Virus record (IMG/VR): IMGVR_UViG_3300045972_000807
Location: 32,001 to 96,000 of that record
From: a virus
Reading direction: 5' to 3' (one strand)
Length of the DNA stretch: 64,000 bases
How positions within the stretch are numbered: the stretch's first letter is position 1; each line of letters starts with the position of its first letter. The position numbers were made by a program, and so were the translations under genes. Positions 37,501 through 45,138 of this stretch are shown here, one piece after another. Below the pieces are notes generated by a model. It was not told where the DNA came from, ran no database searches, and saw nothing but the letters and a program-made list of their open reading frames with translations.

Positions 37501-40500
37501 CCAGCCGAAGGCATAACAACGTTTAATGACGCGCTGGTCTGGTAAACCCACGCTTCAATAGTAAAGTTGCCAGTACCAAAAGCAAAATTGTCTAAGCCAG
37601 TTGTTATAGAAACTGAGTCAGTGGTAGCAGGGAAGCACATTGAGCCGCCATTCACAGCCGGGTCATAGGCGCTTACAGCTAACGGAGAGTTAGCTTGGAC
37701 ACTGGGAGTACCAGCTACAGTAAGCGCAAGGTTGTTACCCGAGTTATCCTTAAAGCGGTTGCTTTGCAGAGTCAGCAAAGAGGTACCACCAGCTACAGCC
37801 GTAAGCGGTGCAGTGGTAGGCGTAAACGCCGTAGTATAAACCGCCGTACCGTTAACTATACGAGCATTGCTAATATAGCCAGAGAAGAAGTTGGTAGAAC
37901 TAGAACCGAATCTACCTATAACCAATGCTCTAGAAGCCGTTGTGGAATAGGTTGAGGTACCTGTGGCGCCAGCTACACCGTTAACGTAAACTGTAACTGC
38001 TGTCCCAACCTTACAAACCGCTACGTGCGACCAGGAGTTTAGTGCTACAGTTAAACTGGTAGTAAAATTTGTTGTGCCATCCCAGTAGTTAACCGTGTTA
38101 GCAGGCAGCAACAAAAACTCATCCGTATTACTTGGAAAACTAAATATACGAGACGTTCCAGATGCTGTTGGGAAAACCCAAGCTTCCATTGTGAAGTTAC
38201 TGCTAAAGGCAAACCCAGTGCTGCTAGCCGTAGTTAAATAGTCAGTGCTTCCGTTAAACAAGCCACTCCATCCGTTGTTTCCAAACGGGCTAAACGTGCC
38301 TTGCGTTGGGCTACCAGTGCGAGTAACCGTAAGAGCGTTATACGAGCTGTCCACAATCACGTTGTTGTTTGCTGCTGGAGCTGAATAGCTAGTGCCGTCA
38401 GCGTGGAGCAACAGAGAGACTTGATTGAAGTACGGGTCTGTAGCACTGCTATCAGGCAGAGCCGTAGTGGGCAAAGTAAACCCAGCAAGGCCGTAGCGTG
38501 CGTAACCTTGGGTAACGCGAACGTCATCCAGGTAACCTACGAAAGCATAACCGGAAGAGTAGTAACCACCCACCACGCAGAACTGGCCTGTGTAGTTGGT
38601 TACGTCAGCCAGCATTCCAATGCCAGTGTCCATAACACCGTTGATAAACAGCTTAGTCACACCGCTCTTGCGTTGCACAGCAACGTGGTACCAGCTACCC
38701 ACAGTTATAGTCGCAACACTGGTGTACACCGAACCTGCCACAGCGACTTGAACCTTTCCAGTAACCAGTGCAAGGTCTAAACCGGTGTTGTTGGCTGGGT
38801 AACGAGTTGGTGAGATTTGGATAATTCCATTGTTAGTAACTGACTGGGGATACATCCAGGTCTCAACCGTGAAGTCGCCTGTGCCAAATGCCATTGTCGG
38901 ATTTGCTGGGTACAGAATAGCGTCGCTGGAAGAACCGCCAAAGTACAGCGAGCGACTACCAAATTTCTTTTGCGCCGTAGACGTAGTACCACCCATCGAG
39001 ATGCCGTCGTTTTTACCCGTAGCGTCCTGCGCACCGAGGTTAGTACCCAAGAGCAACAGCGAGGTACTGCTGATAGCCGCTACAGGAGAACTCGGAACTT
39101 GGAAGCTATTTGTATAACGAGACACGCCTTTGGTTATACGGAAGTCGTCGATGTATCCAGCGTAGTTTTGAGAGCCACCACTATAAGAACCCAAGGTTAG
39201 ATCAGTAGCGCCCATTGCTGTGGACTCAGTAACGGAAGCTTTAGCAACACCGTTGTGGAATATACGGGTCACTCCTGAGGTTCTGCTAACAGCCACATGA
39301 CTCCAGGTGTTAACCGCAACGCCACCGGCAGCCGGTATAGCTATGTAGCTGGAGCCGGAGTAGTAATACAGGAGTTGTCCAGTAGCGTCGCCAATCAAGC
39401 TGCCGTTACCGTCGCCCCGAGTAATAATGCGCCAGGTAGCTGGGAACGCTGTAGGGTATATCCAGCACTCTACAGTGTAGTCACCTGTTCCCATGGCATA
39501 GCCTAGAGAAGACGGAATAGTAGCATACGTGCCAACTGCACCGCTAAAGGCCAGGGAAGAAGAACCGTACTTAACTGCGGCAGTGCTAGTCTGAGCTGTA
39601 CCTAAAGTAGTTACAAGGTTCTTACCTGTGCTATCCAGCACAGCCGAGTTGGTGCCATTAAGCAGCATAGCTGTGCCGGACACCGCGGTCAGCGGGGCAG
39701 TAGGCACGGAGAATGCGCTATTGTAGAGCGCGGTGCCCTTAACAAAGCGGAAGTTGGAAATGTAGCCAACAAATCGTTGAACGTTCGTGGTGTCCCCGGT
39801 GTGACCAACAAACGTAGAGAACGCTTGTGTGCCTACCGTAGTGGACGTTGTGACCGTAGCATTCTGCACACCGTTCAACCATAAGGTGAATACGTTACCG
39901 TTACGTGTGGCCGCAACATGGTGCCAAGAGTTAGGAGCAAGCACCACGCCGGTGTTGTAGATGTTAACCGCAGTAGTGCCAGCAACTTCTAATCGCAGGC
40001 TTCCATTCCACAAGAACAAATCCCAGTTAGATCCGCCACTAGACGAAGCGCCTGTTATACCTGCGTAAGCTGGGTATGAAGCGTACTGAGGGTAAATCCA
40101 GCACTCAATCGTGAAGTCACCTGTGATGTTCAACAAAGAAGAGGGTGCAGCGCTAACTGCCTCGCTTCCTGGGAAGTACAGCGAACCGCCATTCACCGAA
40201 GCACTGTAGGAACTGCTAACTGTCAACGGACAGACAGGCACGCACTGTGAACCTCCAGCTGGCGTAACAGCTAGGTTGTACGTAGAGTTATCTTTGAAGC
40301 TGTTTGAGTTGCAGGTCAATAGCACGGTGCCAGCCACCGCCGTAAGCGGTGCTGTAGGAACAGCAAAGTTCTTGGTGTAGAGCGCTGTGCCGCGGATCAT
40401 ACGGAGGTTGCTTACATAGCCGGACATAGGGCTAGCTGATGCGAGCTGACCGATGACCAAAACTGTACCAACACCGAAGTCGGAGTAAGCTGTCTGTACG

Positions 40501-43500
40501 CCTTGCAGAACACCGTCCAGATACACACGGTAGTTGTAATCGCTACCGGAGATTGCAAAGTGGTGCCAGGTGTTCAACGTCACCGTGGTAGTACCCAGTA
40601 TGTTTCCTGAGTTGCCCTGGAATCCAACGTTCAAGAAACCGCTGGTCATTACGGACACGTTCCAGCCTGAGCCAGCACTTGTGTAGTGGTTGACGATAGC
40701 CTGACGAGTAGCGTAGGTTGATATATTGAACCAGCCTTCAATGGTGCAAGGCACGCAGTTACCTGTGGTGTCGTCACCAAAGTCAAACACGCCACCAGTG
40801 TCAGCCACAGAAATCTGTGTACCTGTAACACCTGTAAAGTAGTTGCTCCAGCCGCTATTGCCGAACGGAGAGAATGTGCCCTGGGTTGGCGTACCTGTAC
40901 GTGCTATGGTCAGGGCGTTGCTACTGGAGTCCAGGATTGTGTTGTTCTGGGCACCGTTGGAACCTTCACCGTGCAACAGCAACGAGTTGTATTGAAAATA
41001 CGGATCCGCCACCGACGAGTCAGCGAGCTGCGCGTACGGGGTGGACAAGCCTGTGTAGACGGAAGTACCGTTAACGATACGCAAGTTGGAAATGTATCCA
41101 CCGTTGAACATGCCAGTACCGTTAGCAGATGCGCCAACAGAGAACGGAACTCCAGGAGAGGTGTTAAGAGCCAAAGCACTGGTGACTGTACCTGAGACAG
41201 CGCCGTTAACCCAAAGAGTGAAAACGTTTCCAGACCTTACCAGTGCAACATGGTTCCAAGTGTTGATAGTAGCGGCAATAGTTCCCACACCACTCGCTAT
41301 ATCAAAGGATGTTCCATTGGAGCTAAGTACAGTCTTAACTATGCTAGAAGCGCCAAAGTAGATACTGAATTGCCCGAAAGATGAGGCACTAGCAAGTTTG
41401 CAGAGAATGGTGGCACCTGAAGCCGGAGTTGCTGTAGGATATACCCAGCATTCGGCTGTAAAGTTGTTTGCCCCAAACTGCAAAACCAAGGCATCGGGAA
41501 TGGTAAGGTAGTCTGTAGTACCGTTGAAGTACATTGATCCACCGTTGGTCAATGCTGACCACGCAGCCACAGGCTCAAAGGGAGAGGTCGCCTGAACAGA
41601 CACGGTACCCAACGCAGTGCAGGTAAGCGCATTCACGCTGTTGTCCAGGTAGCGGTTGCTCTGGCAAGTCAGCAGGGCTGTTCCAGGAATAGCTGTGAGA
41701 GGGGCAGTGCTGGGAGTAAAGCTGGCAGTGTAGACAGGGTCACCCTTAACCACGCGAACGTTGCTGATGTATCCGTTGAACGACAGGTTAGACGAATCGC
41801 TGTTGTAACCCACAAAGAGTGCGTTAACGCTGCTAAAGTTAAAAGCGTTGACCACAGAGTTGACAAGCACACCGTTTACAAACAGGCGAATCACGTTTGC
41901 CGAATCACGAGATATAGCTACGTGGGTCCAAACGCCGGTCTGAATAGCCGGGCCTGCTATGATGATAGATACAGCTTGAAGGCTGTAGAGGTTCAGCAGA
42001 CCCGTGGTAATGTCAATTGCGAGTTGCCAAGTGCCAGTGCCAGTGGTGTTGTACGCCCGGCTTTCAATAATCGTATTGGTAGAAGCCAAGGACAATGGGT
42101 TTACGTAGGCTTCAATACAGAACTGACCCAGTCCCATAGCAACGTTAGCTGCAGGGAAGCTAAGAGAGTTGGAAGACCCACCTGGGAAATAGTTGCTCCA
42201 GCCGTCTTGCGAAAACGGGCTAAACGTGCCTTGCGTTGGAATACCTACGCGACTTATAGCCAGATCGTTAAGGCTGGCGTCAAGGAAGCTGATGTTGTTA
42301 GCAGCGCCAGCGTTCTGCAGAGTCAGCAAGCTAGTGCCTGAGATAACGCTGAGCGCGGCCGTGGGGGGAGTGAATGAGCCAGTATAGACAGCAGTGCCTT
42401 TGACCACTCGAAGATTGCTAATGTAGCCAGGGAACGGTGTGTTGGTCAGCCAAGAACCTATGTTACCGTTTATACCCGTGAAGTTACGAGCAACCGTGGT
42501 AGAGCCGCCAGCGTCAACTCCATTAATCCAGAAGTTCCACACTGAGCTAGCGTTACGAGTAACCGCAACGTGTACCCACTGGTTTCGGGGCACCGTTGCC
42601 ACAGACGTTGAAATACCAGTAGTTGAGCCTGAGGCTGCCAGGGTACCGGTAGAGTTGAGGTTAAAGATAAGTCCGTCGTCGCTTGATACAACCGAGCTAA
42701 AGATCGTGCCTGTGCTAGCCCCAGTAGCCTGAAATACCCAGGCTTCAATTGTCAAGGAGCCTGAGCCAAACGCGTAGGCGGCCGCGGACGTAGCTGTAGT
42801 GAGGTAGTCAGTCGTGCCGTTGAAGAACGCAGACGCAGCTACTGGTGTGTAATTAAAGGGAACCTTAGGTTGCACCTTAGGTGTTCCGCTAACGGTCACT
42901 GCAAAGTTGTTGGTGCTGTTGTCTTTGAACTGAGGTGCTTGGCAAGCAAGAATTACCGTACCAGAGACAGCAGTGAGAGGTGTGCTAGACGGTGTAAAGG
43001 TTCCGTTGTAAAGAGCAGTGCCCGACACAAGACGCAGGTTAGAGATGTAACCTTTAAAGTAATAGTAAGCATTGTTGTAGCAACCAATGTTGTTTATTGT
43101 CCAAGCCGGCATTGCTGAAGCGTTGGAGTAGGTACCTATGCTTACACCGTTTACGTAGGCTGTGAATACAGAACCATTGCGAACAACAGCAATGTGCGTC
43201 CATTGGTTGTAGGTAGTCCAGGCAGCTGTGATATTGTTTGTCAGGTTACTGGCCAAGGTAATGCCCAGTTGGTCAGCAGCAGTTATCTGCACGCTAAGGC
43301 CGACGTAGCCATTGTTGAAGCCATCCAGAAAAGCTATCTGGCGTATTGAACCGGCGCCTGTGCTATCAGCATAAACCCAGGTTTCAAACGTGAAGTTGCT
43401 TGTACCCAGGTTAGCAGTAGCTGTAGTGGGAAGCGTTAGAAAGTCTGTTGTGCCGTTGAACTGCGTGCTGTAGTTTCCAGCATCGAACGGAGAAAATGTA

Positions 43501-43673
43501 TCGTTACGCACGCCACCAAATGTGGTAACGAGCAAGTTATTTGAGGACGCGTCTTGCGTGAAGGGTGCTACGGCGGTCTCGCCGTTAAGCAGCAGGCTGG
43601 TATAGCCAAAGTAAGAGTCAAGGATAGCGGCTACAGCGGTAGCAGTACGAGCACGGCGGAGGTATCTAAACAT
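34506..43673 (-). CDS. giant multi-LamG/ConA-like lectin repeat protein A (3055 aa, 14 modules), putative adhesin/fibre
   Basis: 14 LamG-like repeats. Start set at ATG 43673 because MFRYLRR matches the N-terminus of paralogue B. Confidence 0.9.
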   Translation of the reverse strand: MFRYLRRARTATAVAAILDSYFGYTSLLLNGETAVAPFTQDASSNNLLVTTFGGVRNDTFSPFDAGNYSTQFNGTTDFLTLPTTATANLGTSNFTFETWVYADSTGAGSIRQIAFLDGFNNGYVGLSVQITAADQLGITLASNLTNNITAAWTTYNQWTHIAVVRNGSVFTAYVNGVSIGTYSNASAMPAWTINNIGCYNNAYYYFKGYISNLRLVSGTALYNGTFTPSSTPLTAVSGTVILACQAPQFKDNSTNNFAVTVSGTPKVQPKVPFNYTPVAASAFFNGTTDYLTTATSAAAYAFGSGSLTIEAWVFQATGASTGTIFSSVVSSDDGLIFNLNSTGTLAASGSTTGISTSVATVPRNQWVHVAVTRNASSVWNFWINGVDAGGSTTVARNFTGINGNIGSWLTNTPFPGYISNLRVVKGTAVYTGSFTPPTAALSVISGTSLLTLQNAGAANNISFLDASLNDLAISRVGIPTQGTFSPFSQDGWSNYFPGGSSNSLSFPAANVAMGLGQFCIEAYVNPLSLASTNTIIESRAYNTTGTGTWQLAIDITTGLLNLYSLQAVSIIIAGPAIQTGVWTHVAISRDSANVIRLFVNGVLVNSVVNAFNFSSVNALFVGYNSDSSNLSFNGYISNVRVVKGDPVYTASFTPSTAPLTAIPGTALLTCQSNRYLDNSVNALTCTALGTVSVQATSPFEPVAAWSALTNGGSMYFNGTTDYLTIPDALVLQFGANNFTAECWVYPTATPASGATILCKLASASSFGQFSIYFGASSIVKTVLSSNGTSFDIASGVGTIAATINTWNHVALVRSGNVFTLWVNGAVSGTVTSALALNTSPGVPFSVGASANGTGMFNGGYISNLRIVNGTSVYTGLSTPYAQLADSSVADPYFQYNSLLLHGEGSNGAQNNTILDSSSNALTIARTGTPTQGTFSPFGNSGWSNYFTGVTGTQISVADTGGVFDFGDDTTGNCVPCTIEGWFNISTYATRQAIVNHYTSAGSGWNVSVMTSGFLNVGFQGNSGNILGTTTVTLNTWHHFAISGSDYNYRVYLDGVLQGVQTAYSDFGVGTVLVIGQLASASPMSGYVSNLRMIRGTALYTKNFAVPTAPLTAVAGTVLLTCNSNSFKDNSTYNLAVTPAGGSQCVPVCPLTVSSSYSASVNGGSLYFPGSEAVSAAPSSLLNITGDFTIECWIYPQYASYPAYAGITGASSSGGSNWDLFLWNGSLRLEVAGTTAVNIYNTGVVLAPNSWHHVAATRNGNVFTLWLNGVQNATVTTSTTVGTQAFSTFVGHTGDTTNVQRFVGYISNFRFVKGTALYNSAFSVPTAPLTAVSGTAMLLNGTNSAVLDSTGKNLVTTLGTAQTSTAAVKYGSSSLAFSGAVGTYATIPSSLGYAMGTGDYTVECWIYPTAFPATWRIITRGDGNGSLIGDATGQLLYYYSGSSYIAIPAAGGVAVNTWSHVAVSRTSGVTRIFHNGVAKASVTESTAMGATDLTLGSYSGGSQNYAGYIDDFRITKGVSRYTNSFQVPSSPVAAISSTSLLLLGTNLGAQDATGKNDGISMGGTTSTAQKKFGSRSLYFGGSSSDAILYPANPTMAFGTGDFTVETWMYPQSVTNNGIIQISPTRYPANNTGLDLALVTGKVQVAVAGSVYTSVATITVGSWYHVAVQRKSGVTKLFINGVMDTGIGMLADVTNYTGQFCVVGGYYSSGYAFVGYLDDVRVTQGYARYGLAGFTLPTTALPDSSATDPYFNQVSLLLHADGTSYSAPAANNNVIVDSSYNALTVTRTGSPTQGTFSPFGNNGWSGLFNGSTDYLTTASSTGFAFSSNFTMEAWVFPTASGTSRIFSFPSNTDEFLLLPANTVNYWDGTTNFTTSLTVALNSWSHVAVCKVGTAVTVYVNGVAGATGTSTYSTTASRALVIGRFGSSSTNFFSGYISNARIVNGTAVYTTAFTPTTAPLTAVAGGTSLLTLQSNRFKDNSGNNLALTVAGTPSVQANSPLAVSAYDPAVNGGSMCFPATTDSVSITTGLDNFAFGTGNFTIEAWVYQTSASLNVVMPSAGTNTWGFLTYLNGFYWQEGGANIYSAGSVPSNQWVHLAVSRSNGVLYRFINGVLIDFNNNTYNHTALTNRIVGSSGTGYVSNVRVIKGTALYTAAFTPPTAPLAVTGNTAWLLNGVGAGIVDGTGKNDVITVSGAAIQSSVVKYGTGAISFNGTNDFLRLQTGQPHLSVGTLDFTIEAWVYPTKQSGTQAIYGSQADGTTAAGSSFCCYISATTATCDVYIGATPYVATSPNPPANQWSHVAYVRSGNTWKTYLNGSLVGSTGLPASASINAGATTYAPAIGAINAGGNLFQGYISDFRFTKGVARYTGAFTPPAAALPNASDADSYFNQVSVLLNTNVQNVTRTVAKNNVFVDSSANNFAITSGGAPSQGAFSPFSNNGWSTNFNSSQYVTTPANTAYDIVGGDFTVECWINFTAYNAMGSTANQLVGTFTGGGGWLISINGVNTVSGIAFTSYTAGTGTTVTVSGISPTQMPLGVWHHVAVVKSGASLYFYLNGINYGGAQTAVSAAAGNALAVGVYQQNLSYAGNPNWNLSNMRIVKGTAVYTTNFSVPTAKLTAISGTSFLAFQDSRIKDNSTIAALFTVSGAPSVQAKSTFAVNSVYSADTHGASLYFNGTTDYITSAASSAYAFGTGDFTIEGWVYMTSFNSTANGVFQQGTSNFPSSTVNSVAFGTTGSTAWQIYSNNGNYTTTGIAAVTPVLNQWIHFAVVKASSVIKLYINGILGLSTPDGTNYTGTFFGVGSIYGTPSTDTFPGYISNLRVIKGTAVYTSAFTPPTAQLTAVTNTQLLLLGKTSGVSDTAGNNDVVLYGNAQVSSFSKVGSGSIALNGSTDYAVLPPQQTLQLGAGDFTIEFWMYLNALPSAYTRVFSISNTSVAGQGDEGLVIEIASNNVMTSTFISGTTSYGSVTDPVAITAGAWIHWAYTRNGTTSRLFRNGVLVATGNAGTAYVNWAATWKGYIGAWLGTSRFVNGYIDDLRITKGVCRYTGNFAVPTAAFPTN

Positions 43674-43709
43674 GATGGGGTTCTCTTGTGTTGTTAAATA
43701 TGAGACATG

Positions 43710-43762
43710 AAACAAAAACGGCGATGGGCCGTACCCTGGGAAGGGCAAAGCACACCGCCGTC
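43710..43762 (-). terminator. long interrupted hairpin with U-tract, upstream of giant gene A
   Basis: Minus strand ACGGCGGTG...CATCGCCGT with inner TGCCCT/AGGGTA stem, then TTTTGTTT. Confidence 0.6.
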
Positions 43763-43770
43763 TATAGTCC

Positions 43771-44814
43771 TTAGTTCAGGACAGCCAGGATCGTGAAGTC
43801 AACATCAGCCAAGGTAGCGTCAGGCGTAGCGGGAGCCACGATAGACAGCTTATCGCCAACGCTAAACACAATAGCCGCTTGCGTGGACAATGCACCAGTA
43901 GCACCAGCGGCAGCAAACGTAAACGTCGCAACCGTAGAGCCATTCTTTTGCAGGTTCCACACAGCACTGGCGGTTGCAGCAGTCTTTGCAGCCACAATAG
44001 AACCTGCGAGGTTTGCAGGGATTGTGAAGGCCCGGCCAGCTGTAAAGCGCAAATCCACTTGAGACGCTGCAGGCACGCCGAAGCATGAGCCTGTAATGTC
44101 GTTAGGCAGACCAGTCCAGGTTGTAACCGAAGCTGTAGACGTTACCGAAGAGCCGTCAGCGCCAGTAGCACCGGTTGCTCCTGTAGCGCCAGTAGCACCA
44201 TTGGTCCCATTGGTACCGTTGGTTCCCGTAGCGCCGGTGGGTCCAGTTGCGCCGTTGGTTCCATTAGTACCGTTAGTACCGTTAGCTCCTGTAGGTCCGG
44301 TCGGGCCAGCTACGGTTGACGCTGCGCCTGTAGCACCAGTGGGGCCTGTTGGGCCAACAGCAGTAGAGGCGGCACCGGTTGCGCCTGTGGCACCAGTAGC
44401 TCCTGTGGCACCGGTTGAGCCTGTGGCACCCGCCGCGCCGTTAGTACCTGCAGTACCGTTGGTACCTTGGGGACCAATGGGGCCTGCTGCGCCGTCGAAG
44501 CCTTGCAGGCCACGAGCACCTGTAGGACCTGCGGCGCCGTCGGCTCCTGCGGGGCCAGTTGGGCCTGTGGCTCCGTCAGCACCTTGGGGGCCTGTAGGGC
44601 CTTGAGGACCCTGAATACCGGGAACGCCTTGTGCGCCCGCCGCGCCTGTGGGACCAGTGCTCGACTTGGCTGCAACGTCTTGCTGCAAACCATAGATGAT
44701 ACTGTCCAGCTGGAACAATGCAGCTTGTGCTGCATCTATGTCACCCAGCCGAGTGTCATAGACTGTACCCCCTGGTAGAGGAAGGTGCAGGTTCGGGGTT
44801 GAACCTATGCTCAT
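43771..44814 (-). CDS. collagen-like fibre protein (paralogue of 24609-25850)
   Basis: AGGAG RBS before ATG 44814; N-terminal about 70 aa closely match the paralogue; Gly-X-Y run; C-terminal IPANLAGS...[19 protein letters not shown] beta domain. Confidence 0.85.
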   Translation of the reverse strand: MSIGSTPNLHLPLPGGTVYDTRLGDIDAAQAALFQLDSIIYGLQQDVAAKSSTGPTGAAGAQGVPGIQGPQGPTGPQGADGATGPTGPAGADGAAGPTGARGLQGFDGAAGPIGPQGTNGTAGTNGAAGATGSTGATGATGATGATGAASTAVGPTGPTGATGAASTVAGPTGPTGANGTNGTNGTNGATGPTGATGTNGTNGTNGATGATGATGATGADGSSVTSTASVTTWTGLPNDITGSCFGVPAASQVDLRFTAGRAFTIPANLAGSIVAAKTAATASAVWNLQKNGSTVATFTFAAAGATGALSTQAAIVFSVGDKLSIVAPATPDATLADVDFTILAVLN

Positions 44815-44992
44815 AAATACTCCTAGTAGGAATGTGGATTTCGTTTCCGGCGCATGAGGATCAATTGCCGGGGGTAGGGGATCTGTGGTAACCGTTGGAG
44901 AGCTAACTATTTCTATACCCACATAATTTAGCGTGCTCGCAGTTACCTCGAAGCTTTTAACTTTAACCATAATTATGTGGCCCAGAAACAGG

Positions 44993-45026
44993 AAAGGCGC
45001 TGGTTGTTTTAGCAACCAGCGCCTTT
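44993..45026 (-). terminator. intrinsic terminator
   Basis: 14-bp stem AAAGGCGCTGGTTG/CAACCAGCGCCTTT followed by CCTGTTTC on the minus strand. Confidence 0.75.
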
Positions 45027-45056
45027 GTGCGTCACTTCACTACTGTCCCTCAGCCT

Positions 45057-45128
45057 TTAGGGCCAAGTTTGAGTAGGGCTAGCCCAGGTTTCGGTTGTGG
45101 AACCCCAGTTAGCTTGGATCGAAGCCAT
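45057..45128 (-). CDS. 23-aa Trp-periodic micro-protein MASIQANWGSTTETWASPTQTWP (not in ORF track)
   Basis: ATG lies 10 nt after the upstream stop with AGGGA just before it; TAA at 45057-45059; falls inside the transcript before the terminator; W every 7 residues. Confidence 0.6.
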   Translation of the reverse strand: MASIQANWGSTTETWASPTQTWP

Positions 45129-45138
45129 TGTCCCTACG

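Noticed and set aside
25918-43673. Diversity-generating retroelement or invertase shufflon acting on the lectin genes
   Set aside because: No reverse transcriptase or recombinase is in the window. No TR/VR pair differing only at adenines was seen. All modules are in direct orientation and in frame.
43674-43748. ORF-track N-terminal extensions (also 44971-45015, 49023-49076, 17729-17764, 20190-20252, 58800-58826)
   Set aside because: They run through hairpins or upstream genes. The downstream ATGs have RBS support, translational coupling or match paralogue N-termini.
45027-45138. tRNA or structured ncRNA in this gap
   Set aside because: No cloverleaf or T-loop consensus was found; the micro-ORF explains the gap better.
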